Assembly (NCBI GenBank): GCA_964187785.1
Contig: OZ076416.1
Span: forward strand, 18,662,001 to 18,726,000
Direction: 5' to 3'
Source: Amphiscolops sp. MND2022
Taxonomy: Eukaryota
DNA length: 64,000 nt
In this document: piece by piece, positions 1 to 11,559 of the stretch
How positions within the stretch are numbered: position 1 is the stretch's first letter
How the letters are laid out: every line of letters starts with the position of its first letter
Position numbers and translations under genes: made by a program
Notes under the pieces: generated by a model
Seen by the model: only the letters and a program-made list of their open reading frames with translations
Databases searched by the model: none
Told to the model about the DNA's origin: nothing

Positions 1-86
1 AATGATACGGTACCGCCACATGTTGCACCCCCGTTAGCCTCACTGCACCCCCACATAGTCATTTCGGACACACAAGAATCGAAAAC

Positions 87-3000
87 ATGAGTCTACCAGC
101 CAGTCTACCGAAACTGAAGTTAGCAGAATTCTCAGGTGACCCATTGGAATGGCCCGAGTGGTCAGGGTTGTTCCTCTCTACTGTCCACGCTGCAAACATC
201 GATGCCAGCTTGAAGATGAATCACCTCAAAACGCTGGTCACTGGAAAAGCAAAAGAAGTAATTGCTGGACTAGGCTACACTGGAGACATGTATGATATTG
301 CTTGGAATACCTTGGTCGCGCACTTTGGAAGACCACAAGTGGTAGTTAACGCACAATTGAGACAAATATACACCTTTCCGCCAGTGAAAGCGTACGACTC
401 CGTAGCATTGGTCAAATACTCGAGAATAGTTTCAAGTTGTGTACAAGTTCTGACGCAGATGAACTATGTTGGCAACTTGCAGTCAGAAGGCGTCCTGAGT
501 AGTGCGACCAGAAAATTGCCAATCAACATGAAGACGAAATGGTTGGCGCACGCGAGACAAAATGTTAATTACTACATGGGGCTGGAAGCGTTCAGCTTAT
601 GGTTGCAAGAGGTAGCAGCGGTGCAGGAAGATGTTCTCATGACAGGCAATCCCAACGCCGACAAATCGAAATGGACAAGTAAAGACAAACCAAAGAACTC
701 TACTTTCTCAACTTTCGCTGACGACAATTCCGACAAGAAGACTGGTCAAGATTGTCTTTTGAGAGATGGTAAACATCCTTTGTGGAAATGCGAGAAGTTT
801 CTGAAGATGACGTGTCAAGCGCGATACGAGAAAGTCAAAGAGCTGAAACTCTGCTTTTGTTGTTTGGCTGGGAAACATGTAGTGAAAGACTGCACATACA
901 AAGCGTGTGGTGTCAAAGGTTGTAACAGGCGGCACCATCGATTGCTACACCGCGAGGCAAACGAACGGCCGAAAGAAAGTGGAGTAGAAGGCCCACAACA
1001 GAAGGCGGAGGCGAACTCTGCATTTTGCTCACTGAAGAGCAGTGGAATTCTACCCGTTATACCTGTCATCATCCAAATTGGAAAAAAGCAAGAATCAACC
1101 TTGGCGTTGTGTGACTCCGGAGCGAGTCTATCGTTCATAGACAAGGAATTAGCCAACAAGTTAAATGCTCACGGGGAAGAAATTGACCTGAGTGTGGCTG
1201 GAATACATGGGACAAATGATGTGAAATGTGAACGATTCACGTTGGGAATTCGTGGCAAGGGAATGAGCGACACACACCACATGACAGTTTACACTCATCC
1301 AAACATAAACGCCGGAACAAAGATTTACAACTATCAGGAGCTCAAACTTGCCTATCCCCATTTCTGGGTCCTAAGCGAAGAAACATTGAAACTCAAAGAT
1401 GTAAAAATGATATTGGGACAAAACTGCTACCATATACATCGGCCTGTAGAATATAAAAGCTGCACGAATGGTGAGCCTTGGGCAGTGAAAACGAAACTTG
1501 GATGGACTCTCTGTGGACCACTTCCACAGCAAAAAGCTGTGCAGATGACTGCATCTTGCGTAACAGCCTCTGAAGATGATGCACTGGCAGAACAGATAAA
1601 AACGTGCTGGGACATAGAATCCTATGCGTCTCGCTGCGATGTGTCTGGAAGGTCCAAGGAGGATGAGAAGGCGTTGCAAATGCTGGAACAAACCACAAAG
1701 TTTGATGGTGAAAGATATGAAGTTGGTCTTCTTTGGAAAAGAAATGACCCCTTCTTGCCAAATAATTACTCTTCTGCATTAAGCCAAATGAAATCGTTGG
1801 AGTACAGACTTGAAACGAAACCAGAGTTGAAGAAACTCTATCAAGACTCTATCAAGTTAGATGTTGAAAAGGGATTCGTCAGAATCCTAAAGCAGGAAGA
1901 ATTGGAAGCTACAAAACTGGAAAGACAGTGGTATGTTCCACATCACCCAGTAGAAAACCCAAACGAACCAGGAAAGGTGAGGCGAGTGTGCAACGCAGCA
2001 TCCAAATTCCGTGGAATTTCCTTGAACGATAACCTCTTGACAGGGCCGGACCTACTACAGAATCTGATTGGAATAATCTTCAGGTTTAGAGAACAAAAGA
2101 TCGCCATCACTGCTGACATTGACACGATGTTCCTACAAGTGAAAGTACCACCAGAAGATTGTAAAGTGTTGAGATTTCTATAGAGAGACAATCCAAATGA
2201 ACCCATTAAGTTGTATGAATATGGAAGACATATCTTTGGAGCCAAAAGTTCGCCAACTTGCGCAAATTATGCTATGTAACAAGTTGCAAGAGATAACGCA
2301 CAGGAGTCCCCACAAATTACTAAACTGATAATGCGAAACTTCTATATGGATGACTTTGTCAAGTCTGTTCCCAGCGCTGAGCAAGCTATTGAAATCTACA
2401 ATAAGTTGAGAGCGATGTTAGAAAGGGGAGGCTTTCACTTAACAAAATGGATTAGCAACTGCGAACAGACTATGACGTCTATCGACCAAGCAGACAAGTC
2501 ACCGTCCTCTAGTAAAACCTTTGAAGCTGAACCGACTTCTCCATCAATCTTGGGACTGCAATGGAACGTTGACGCAGACAATCTGGAAGTTTGCAGAGGC
2601 ATGCAAAAGGAGATACCGGTGAAGATAACTCAGAGAGCGGTGTTATCCCACGTTTCAGCTGTGTTCGACCCTCTGGGAATAGTGTCTCCTTTTACTATCA
2701 GAATGCGACTGCTACTAAAATCTATAGGGAAGGAGAACGGACAGTCTTGGGATAAAGAACTGAATGACGAAAATCGACATGCATTCGAGAAATGGGCATC
2801 AGAGATGATTCAGGTGAATCAAATGGTCCTTAAAAGAACATACTTCGAGTCTGGAGTGAACAAAGTTGATCTACATATCTTCTCAGACGCTTCGTTGGAA
2901 GCAATGTGTATGGTTGCTTATTTGAGAAAACAAGACAATGGCGAAGTGACCTTTGTCATAGGAAAAAGTAGAGTAGCTCCAATTAGGAACATGACAGTGG

Positions 3001-4940
3001 CCAAGTTGGAGATGCAGGCAGCAGTCTTTGGAGTAAGACTGCGCGAACTCATTTCAGAAGAACATGATATTGAAGTAGACCAAATCGTGCACTGGACAGA
3101 TTCAACAACGGTCCTACAATGGCTTCACGCAAGCAACAACAAGCAACCTGTCTTTGTAGCGAACAGAGTCGCAGAGATCCTCGAAAATTCAACTATCGAT
3201 CAATGGCGGCATGTTGAAGGAAAAATGAATCCTGCTGACATTGGAACTCGAGAAATGACAGTTGAAGCCCTAAAGGAAAGTGAATGGCTCACAGGGCCGG
3301 CGTGGCTCACCGAGACAGAAGACGCCTGGCCTAAGGCGCCTGAAAGGTTGCAATTTAGCATTCGAGAAGAGCCTGAACCAGTCATGGAAGCTACTGTATT
3401 GGAACCCGCATTCGAATGGGAAAGATTTTGGTCTTTCAAGAAAATGATTCGAGTGCTTTCATCTTGCCTAAGATGGAAGAAAAAGAATTCTGGAGAAATT
3501 CTGACTGTGGAAGAACTCAATGCGGCAAAACTGGCAATTTTGAAGCGTTGTCAGAGGGAAAGTTTTCATGATGCCTACGAGAAGATCTACAAAGGGCAGC
3601 TGTTGTCGGCTTCAGATCAATTGAATAAATTATCGCCGTTTCTGGACGAAAATGGATTGCTGCGACTACATGGCCGACTGCAGCATTCAAGATCAAGTTA
3701 TGAGGTCAAACATCCGATCTTGTTGTCAGCAAAGCACTATGTAGTCATCAAGTTGATTGAAGATGCTCATCGAGCGAATTTTCATGAAGGCACAGAATAC
3801 GTCAGAAGTGTTCTGAGGCAACAATACTGGATTATTGGATTGCGAAACGCTTTGAGGAACGTCAAAGCGAAATGTGTTAAATGTAGAAAGCAACGAGCTG
3901 GAGTGTCTCAACCATTTATGGCTGATTTACCGCGAGAGAGATTGCAGGAACGAGTATTCCCCTTTACCAACACTGGAGTTGACTATTTTGGTCCCTTTGA
4001 AGTGAAGTTTATGCGTAAGACCATGAAGAGATGGTGTTGTCTCTTCACATGTTTGACAACTAGAGCAGTACACATTGAAGTCGTTCCATCTTTGGAAGCA
4101 GAGACCTGCTTAACTGCTATCACACGGTTTATTGCCCGTAGAGGTAAACCTGCTACAATTTTGAGCGATAATGGGACGAACTTCGTGGGTGCAGCCAAAG
4201 AAATGAGAGATTGTATAAATGCATGGAATCAGTCAGACATTGAGACGTCGCTAGCTCAAAAGGACATCAAATGGAAATTCAACCCTCCAGGAGCCCCTCA
4301 TCTTGGAGGAATCTGGGAACGATTGGTTCGAAGTTGTAAAAAAGCAATGATAGCTGTATTGGATGGACGATCCTTGACAGACGACGTCCTTATAACAACT
4401 ATGTGTTTAGTAGAACAGACTTTGAATGCTAGACCATTGACTAGTGTTAGTGACGATCCGGATGACCTGGAACCTTTGACACCGAACCAATTTTTATTGG
4501 GAAGAGCTAATTTAGCCACACCATTCCTACCAGTTGCTCAACGTTACACAGATTTGCGACGAGTATTTCGAGTGTCGCAAGCTTATTCAGATATGATTTG
4601 GACTAGATGGACTGAAGAATATATGCCGGAGTGGAATGTGCGTAATAAATGGACCAAAGAAGACGTGAGACAGCTGAAAGTCAACGATTTGGTTTGGGTC
4701 GTGGATGAAAATGTGAAGCGGTCTAACTACAAGATGGCGAGAGTATTTGAAGTGCAAGAAGGAAGCGACGGCAGAGTTAGATCTGCGACAGTGGTGACGA
4801 AAGATGGCAAACTCAAAAGACCAGTAGTGAAACTGGCACCCTTGTTCTATGAAAGTGTTTTTCGGGAGAAAAACAGGGCCGGCAATGTTGGTGCCAGTCA
4901 TCCGAAGGCAGAAAAAGTTGATTCAGAACATGCTGATTGA
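87..4940 (+). pseudogene. BEL/Pao LTR retrotransposon gag-pol polyprotein, single frame broken by two nonsense codons (TAG 2181-2183, TAA 2277-2279)
   Basis: ORFs 87..2183 and 2331..4940 are in the same frame. Motifs in BEL order: gag FSGDPLEWPEW, CCHC knuckles (CFCCLAGKH, CNRRHHRLLH), protease LCDSGAS, RT (HHPV, DLLQNL, FYMDD), RNase H IFSDAS / WTDST, integrase zinc finger H..H..CVKC, core GVDYFGP / SDNGTNF / GGIWERLV, and the C-terminal BEL domain with RPVVKL. Confidence 0.93.
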
Positions 4941-4975
4941 GAAACAAGACTTAAACTCCAAAAAATTTAGAAGCA
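4886..4975 (+). repeat. Probable start of the BEL 3' LTR (truncated or interrupted)
   Basis: A purine-rich tract (AGAAAAACAGGGCCGGCAA) is followed by TGTTGG at 4886, and the pol ORF reads into it. The 5' LTR is outside the window, so this cannot be confirmed. Confidence 0.4.
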
Positions 4976-5215
4976 ATTTTGAAAAAATATCAAGTGTGAC
5001 AAATCTTTAAACACCCCCCCCCCCTCAAATGGGTTTCTCCAAGACTATTAATCATAGAGCCATGAAACTTGGCACACATACGCAAGTACCTAACACAAAC
5101 ACACCGGCCAAGTTTCCAGGTCATCCACCCATTATAACCCCCTTTACCCCTCACATGTGTAGTGTTCAAGGTCATTGAGCCGAAAATGTAAACTTTATTT
5201 TTTACCCTTATGACC
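4976..5215. repeat. Possible short non-autonomous interspersed repeat (Helentron/HINE-like)
   Basis: Contains a poly-C run and CATGAAACTTGGCACACA, a motif style seen in DINE/HINE-type elements. Termini not resolved. Confidence 0.2.
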
Positions 5216-5734
5216 ACATTAGAATGTAGCTCTGTTGAAATTAATGATATTTACATTGTGTAAACATGCTTTAGAGCCCACCTAACCAACATGCAAAACC
5301 ACCACATAGTTTGTTTACATAGCCAATAACTTCATATTATGCTTTAAATGTCATTTATTTATACTTCATATTTTGACTCATATTTATCGAGTAATTGTAA
5401 ACGATATGTATACCATTGTTAGATAGGCACAAATTGATTGGAACGCTGTATTCAAGTTGGGTCTTAGGACCATTTCAATTCTCATTTCATTTCTTCACCT
5501 CTTTTCGACTTTTCGTCAAAGACTTAGGGCGACTAAGTTAGTTACTCTCAACTTGTGGAGAGTTGGACGTGTTAAGAGACAAGGAAGAAGTGCAATTAGG
5601 GATCATTGGATCCTACTAAGTCACGATACAGTCCTTTTAATCCAAGAAGCAAGCAGTGTTCGGTAACGATCCGCAGTGCCGAGCACCGAATTCAGGGCGG
5701 CAAAAAGTTTGGTCAATTGAAGGGATCAAGCAGC

Positions 5735-6215
5735 CGTTACAGTATTTGAAATACCTGCGAGTGTTAGGTCCATTATTCTTTGGAACTCAGTTGGCATTGT
5801 TGTTAATCCATAGAATCCAGTCACGAATCTGTACACTCCCGTCGCTTCGCCGCCAAATATTTGGAAGTTGCAGTGTTTTGAAGTGTCTGAGCTGAGTTCA
5901 ACTTGTCGATAAGCGTACATCAGGTCCAGTGATGTGAAGTACGTCTTTCCTGTTTTTTTCTCTACCAACCTGTTTTGTTATCATGTCCATTAGGTTATCC
6001 AGGTTTGGCATCGGATATTTGTCCTTTATAACGTTTTTATTGAGTTCTCTCGCGTCCAGTGCGATTTTTACACTGCGATTTTTCTTCACTGTTATGACTG
6101 TGGGTTGTAGAAATACGTCTTCTTTTATTTCACCAACCTTTACTATGTGGTCTTCTTTGAGTAGACGGCATAATTCACGCTTTACTGGTTCTTGCAATTG
6201 GTGGGTATTCGTCGC
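5735..6215 (-). pseudogene. Ty3/Gypsy reverse transcriptase fragment, frameshifted
   Basis: PTVITVKKNRSVKIALDARELNK..KYPMPNLD, then in another frame FTSLDLMYAYRQVEL..YRFVTGFYGLTTMPTEFQR. These are RT motifs homologous to those of the two Mag-like elements in this window. Confidence 0.85.
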
Positions 6216-6759
6216 CCTTTTTGTTGTTTTATTACTGCATTTTCGTGTAATTGTGCGTGGATTTTGTGATGCTTGATCCTGCTCCTCTTTCGAACAATTC
6301 ATGAAATTTTGAATTCATTTCTACCGTCCACGATACTGTAATTCACAAAGGCAACTTGCTGCAATGTTTTTATGTTGAATCGTTTCGACAACTCTTTCAA
6401 ACAGGTACTTTACGTAATGTTATGTAATTGGTTTAATTGAATGTTAGCACCAATGTTGCTTTTATGTAAGATGATTGGCATCTGCCACAAAGATCGAGGG
6501 GAATAGTCCGAGAATGGCAGTATACCTGAGTCAGGTGATTGAGGTTGGGAAACAAGTTATTTACCCAAGGTCGGGCTTCTTGTCCATCCTGCCACAGAGC
6601 ATGACTGGACAAGTATCTCCGAGCACTCATCCAGCGACTGATGAGCTCCCGGCAGAGCGTAGGTAGGGTTTTAATATCCAACTTGCTCGATGAAGTTGCC
6701 TGAACCAAAAGATGGGATTGAGACTAGTGTACTGACAATATTATTACGGTTAATGTTAA

Positions 6760-9365
6760 CCTTAGAACCGAATTTGCCTAACCCTTGAAAATTTAGGGGA
6801 TTCTAAGACCCAATGTTCAGTGAGGGAATCCCCCAAGGACACCATCGGAGCTTGGAGGACTGAGAAGAAATCTGTCTTCCCGAAGATGCTGTAGCTGGGC
6901 TTATGGAGCATCCGGACCAATGACTTTTGCTCGAAGCGGAAACAGCATTGGACGCCCGTAGGGAATCCCCTGCGATCCATCAATTGTCCGTACCAAGTCT
7001 GCAGAACAACTTGAGATGGCAACTACGTTAGCTTTGGTGGACACCGCTGACATCAAGCGGTATAAAGTCCCCATTTCGCCAGTCAGATCCGAGGCTGGTA
7101 GACCACTGCGGCAAATCAGGACTTTGCACAAACCTGTTCCTTTCCAGATACGAACAAACATGAATCGGTTTCGACCTGAGTCCTCGAACTCGACAGAGAA
7201 GCTTTGCTCTGCAGTCACTTGTTCTGCTATGTCGTCGAGGGCGCAGATGAAGAATTTCTGGAATATGGCCCGGAAATAAAACACCCTAACTTCCAGACTT
7301 ACAGAATCAGAGGTGCTGAGAAAGCAATTGGAGATTAGCCTTAACAAATTGTCACGGGGTATTGCTAGAAAGTTCTATAAGTTAAAGAAAAGAGGTATTT
7401 ACCGTTAGCCGTTCTTCACACCAATCAAAGTCGCAGAAGGTTGCTTGGTGGTTGGTGTAGGACCTAATTCGGGACCACAAGTTTCGCAATAGGAGAAGGT
7501 CTCCGTGGCTCTGGACGTAATCGGCTACCAGACATAGCTGAATATTGGCTCTGGATGATGGAGCCACCAAGGCGGTGGTTCTGCCCTTAATAATGTCATC
7601 GTAAAACGGGAACGATTGTCGAGCAGTTCCACACGAATGAACTTGGAGAGTTCCTTCGCCAGCTAAATCTTGGTCAGGATTTTGCCGTTCCGACCGCGAA
7701 CTCTATGCTGGACCTTGCCTGTAAAGGGATCCACATTTTTTAAGTGCTCCTAACGCCATCTGTGGTCTTTTCTGAAGTGCTTTTCGCTGCGGTGATGCCT
7801 AAGAATTTCCAGGGTGTCCTTGGTTTTAATGGAAAAAATATTCTTACAGATTATGCACCAGACCATGTGGGGGTAGTGAAGAGGGTCTGCTGGCCGAGAG
7901 ATGAACGATCTGGTCCAACTTATTTTGGAGAAGAATTCCTCTCTCATGGATACTCCCCTGTGAGGCGCTCGATTCCGTTTCTTCATCTTACTGGGCCTCT
8001 GCGACTCTCATCCGCGTTCAGCGAGAACTTGACTTCTAACTTTCAGGAACGTGGCTTCTTGACTGCTCGTGCAACCGGACTCTAACCCTACTCTCTAACG
8101 CTCCTACGGTGTCCTCGGGATCGGTTCAGACCATGAGGTCAGTGGCAGCAACGTGTGTTCGCTTAAAGGACTCAGATATCTATGCCATCTCTCTAGCACT
8201 GTCACTTTCACCAAAGCTAGATGAGTCACTAGTCGGGTCTCCAAGTCCGGTCATATCCACAATCTCTGAGTCAGTATTCGCTTCGGCCCCGGCCTCCTTG
8301 CCTCCTGAGTCGCTATCACTAGGTGGTCCTGGGCTCCGGGCCCTATTTTGACTTCTAAAATGTGCCGTCGGAGATGGAGCAGTTGTTGGCTCTCCACGTA
8401 CTGCATCCAAAACCGTCCGCTCCATGGTAGTGAAGGAGTGGCTGACTGTGTCATCTGTCAGTACGCGTAACAGATGGTACAGCTGCGGTTCCGTGAAAGC
8501 AAAAGTGGGATGCCCAAGGGGGAACCGGAAATACGGGGCTTTGTCAAAGTAGAGCTTGAGGATGGCCCTACTACGACCGGAAAGTTCAAACCCCCTTCTC
8601 GGTCCTGCAAAGGATCTTGTTCCAGGATTTCCGACGGGCCGGCCAACTGCACCCCAAAGTCGGACTTGTCTCCCCCTTCTGTTCCAGACTCACGGTCACG
8701 AGGCCCTGTGGTTAATATGGCCTGATAATCGTAGTGGCTCAATTCGTCACTCGTCTTTTCTCCTTCACTCCGAACATGTTGTGGGTTTCGGTTTTCTCCA
8801 CAAGGCAACGAAACGGCATCGTACACAGACGAAGCAGCGTCATCTTCTGGTTGAAGGAAAGAGGCAATAAAAAGATCATGCCCTGTCTGGGGGCGCTAAA
8901 CAAATAAAGGAAGCTGACTTCGCGGTGAGTCAGCTACCTGCAAGGCAGCCTCGAGGGCTGTCAGACTCGCACTTGACGGGATTTCTCCGTCCTGTGGAAT
9001 AGGAGTGCTAGAGCGTTGCTCCCCCCGGCATTCTGAAAGACGCAGTGGGGCTGTCCAAATTGGTAGATTCTCACTAACTCTGAACAAGATATTCCCCAAC
9101 CTGTTTATGCATAAAGGACGGATCCGACTCCATACGTTGAACGACCCTTTCAGCAAATGAAGCAATGTCAGTGTCACTGTCCGCTGTCCGCACTAACAGG
9201 AGAACGAACTGGGGGTACTGGGGTTGGGTCTGTTGATTTCTGAACAGAACGTTCGGCAGAAGTAATGTTGATTGGGGGAAAAAAGGTGGTGAACAGACTT
9301 TGCTTGGCATAAGACTGACACTTGAGTCGGGTTCTTGTGTTTGCTGTTTCACTGTATTCGGTTTA
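6760..9365 (-). pseudogene. Degenerate, apparently spliced gene with a BED-type zinc finger and a possible hAT-like core
   Basis: VWCIICKNIFSIKTKDTLEILRHHRSEKH (7750..7986) fits the BED C2H2 spacing. Downstream ALDDIAEQVTAEQSFSVEFEDSG..MFVRIW resembles the first catalytic strand of hAT transposases. Polypyrimidine-AG acceptors occur near 9368 and 8850. Several stops are present. Confidence 0.4.
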
Positions 9366-9552
9366 TCTAAAAAGAAAGGAGTGAAAATTGGCGGTATGCT
9401 TCCGTGAAAAGCATCCTTTTTACCGTATTAGAAATTTTCCTTAGGTATTTTTTAGGCTTGAACAAAAACGTGATAGCACGTGCTTAGTGATGGAAACAGG
9501 AAGCGTCTTGTGAACAAAATTTAGCCCCGATCAAGTTAAATTAGTTCAAACT

Positions 9553-10313
9553 ATGAAAATCCAGACCAACCTGAGTCCGACGTCTTTTCGCAAAGGTGAC
9601 CTCCACGAAATAATACTTATTCGGCAGTTCAAAGATGGGGAATTTGGCCGGGTTCGGTTGAAGAGGGGAGAAGATTCGGAAAGCTCCGAGCCGGATGAAG
9701 TCAGCAACAAAGTTGAAAACGGAAGAAGACGAATGACGTAAAGAAGATTACAGAGAAGAATACGAATGATAATAGAATTGGAAAAAATAACAATCAAAAA
9801 ATATTAAGTTGGAGTTCGTAGTTCCATATTTATACTAGGATGCCTTAACAAGTCTTTCTTTTGAGCCTGGTTGAAGTGGCCGAAAAACATTGATAGTAAT
9901 TTTAACTACCGGTCCCTATGCCTAGTCCGGCCACCCCTTTTAATCGATTTCCTAGTCAGATGGCCGTATAGGGCTATAATATTGTGTTATTCCAACTTTG
10001 CATGGAATCGTGCTGTTGATTTGGTATTAAATGAATTTGTTTGCACACGCAGGCATGTGCCGTAAAATACCTTGCATCCCTTTTATCATAAACAGCACTT
10101 TGAAGTGTCAGCTCCGATGATCAATCGAACCCTATTTGGTTACTATTTCGAGGCCGAATTCCTCCGCTTCCCTTCAAGTTGAAGCACATATTTGAATTTG
10201 GTGATGTGCATTTAATCTGTTCGAACGCATTCCATTAAAAATGTGATTCCGAAATGATGCTGTTCCGTGTTTGGTTTGTCACCTGATTTATTTGAGTATG
10301 TAAAAAAAGGGAA
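9553..10313 (+). pseudogene. Degenerate coding-like segment of unknown product, interrupted by a solo-LTR-like element
   Basis: Protein-like stretches (WLKWPKNIDSNFNY..RWPYRAIILCY..RAVDLVLNEF; FYHKQHFEVSAPMINRTLFGYYFEAEF) with stops and a frameshift. No family recognised. Confidence 0.25.
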
Positions 10314-10652
10314 TGTCACTCTCTCAGGGGTATATAAACTAATACTTCACCTGAGAGAGACGCAGTTTGACTTTTACCACTATCATTCACACGTTTTGAA
10401 AAGGTACAAACCTGATTTACTAATAAAATATTACAATCAGGTTTTTCTTAAAGCCTACAACAAGGCAGAAGAAGAAGCAGAAGAACGCTAGAAAAGCAAG
10501 AGAGGCAGAAATGCTTTCAGACATTGAAAATCTAGACATAATGCTAAGTGGGAATCACTTGGAGAGAGAAGAAAGTGAGAATACTAATTTCGGCAGAAGG
10601 CCGGAAAGTCCTAGGTACGATACGTTGATGAATCAAAATGGTAATTCTCATC

Positions 10653-10653
<1 letters not shown>
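10314..10653 (+). mobile_element. 3'-truncated copy of the ORF-bearing solo-LTR-like family
   Basis: Starts TGTCAC, has a hairpin (TCTCTCAGG / CCTGAGAGA) around TATATAAA, and encodes QKNARKAREAEMLSDIENLDIMLSGNHLERE, homologous to 46042.. and 48199... Ends at a (TA)n tract. Confidence 0.6.

Positions 10654-10720
<67 letters not shown>
10654..10720. repeat. (TA)n microsatellite
   Basis: About 33 perfect TA units. Confidence 0.99.
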
Positions 10721-10723
<3 letters not shown>

Positions 10724-11559
10724 CAGAAGAAGAAGAAGAGATCAGTTAACTTTCGGGATGTGGCAGTTCAAATGACTTTCTATCATTGATTCCAGAACAA
10801 AGTAAATTGTATAAATAGAATTGACACAGAAGGAAGGCAAGTGAGGATTGCAGGGTTATAAGAATTAATTGATGCTTGCAATAATCCTGCCAACGCCTTT
10901 ATAACATGCTTGTTTTCGCAATTTAGCAAACCAACTAGCGTTTCGTCAATGTTTTGATTTTGAAGCTCCTTAATGAAACTCCTTCGGTGTTCTTGGTATG
11001 AGACACAGGAAAATAAGAAATGTGCAGTATCATCGAAAACTCTACAATAGGGACAATATTCGGTTTTGCTCTTTTACTCCTGAATATTACTTCGCGTGCT
11101 TCAAAATCATTCATTAGAACACGTAGCATTTTGACAGAAACTTTCCTAGGATATTTTGCAAGCATTTTCATGATGCTGTTTCTTTCTTTAAGCCCTGAGT
11201 AATTTGAGTACATAAGACCTTGCTTTATTTCTCGTTGCCATTAGTGCTTGCAATTTTCATCCACCTCCTTCTTAAAAGTACTGACTGAGGATTGTCTAGC
11301 ATATTGTATGTATATTGCCATAATCTCATCGGGATCACGATTTACATTTGTAAGTTTGTGTACCAAAAATATTCTCACCATATTAATATGTCGGGGTATG
11401 ATTGCTAAATTACCTGGGTTTAGAATATATGCACTTCTAGCAGTTGAATGTAGAAACAATAATACTTGATTAGTGTAGAGTAGAGAAGGAGGCCAAATTT
11501 TACCTAAAACACTAACTACGTGTTTCGATATTTGGTTGTTTCTTATCCCAAAGATAGAT

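Noticed and set aside
10267-10491. 74-aa ORF that looked like a small viral gene
   Set aside because: It straddles the element boundary at 10314 and reads LTR-like sequence out of frame, so it is a chimeric artefact.
10511-10723. 70-aa ORF ending in IYIYIY
   Set aside because: The C-terminus is translated (TA)n microsatellite, and the N-terminus belongs to the truncated solo-LTR-like element.
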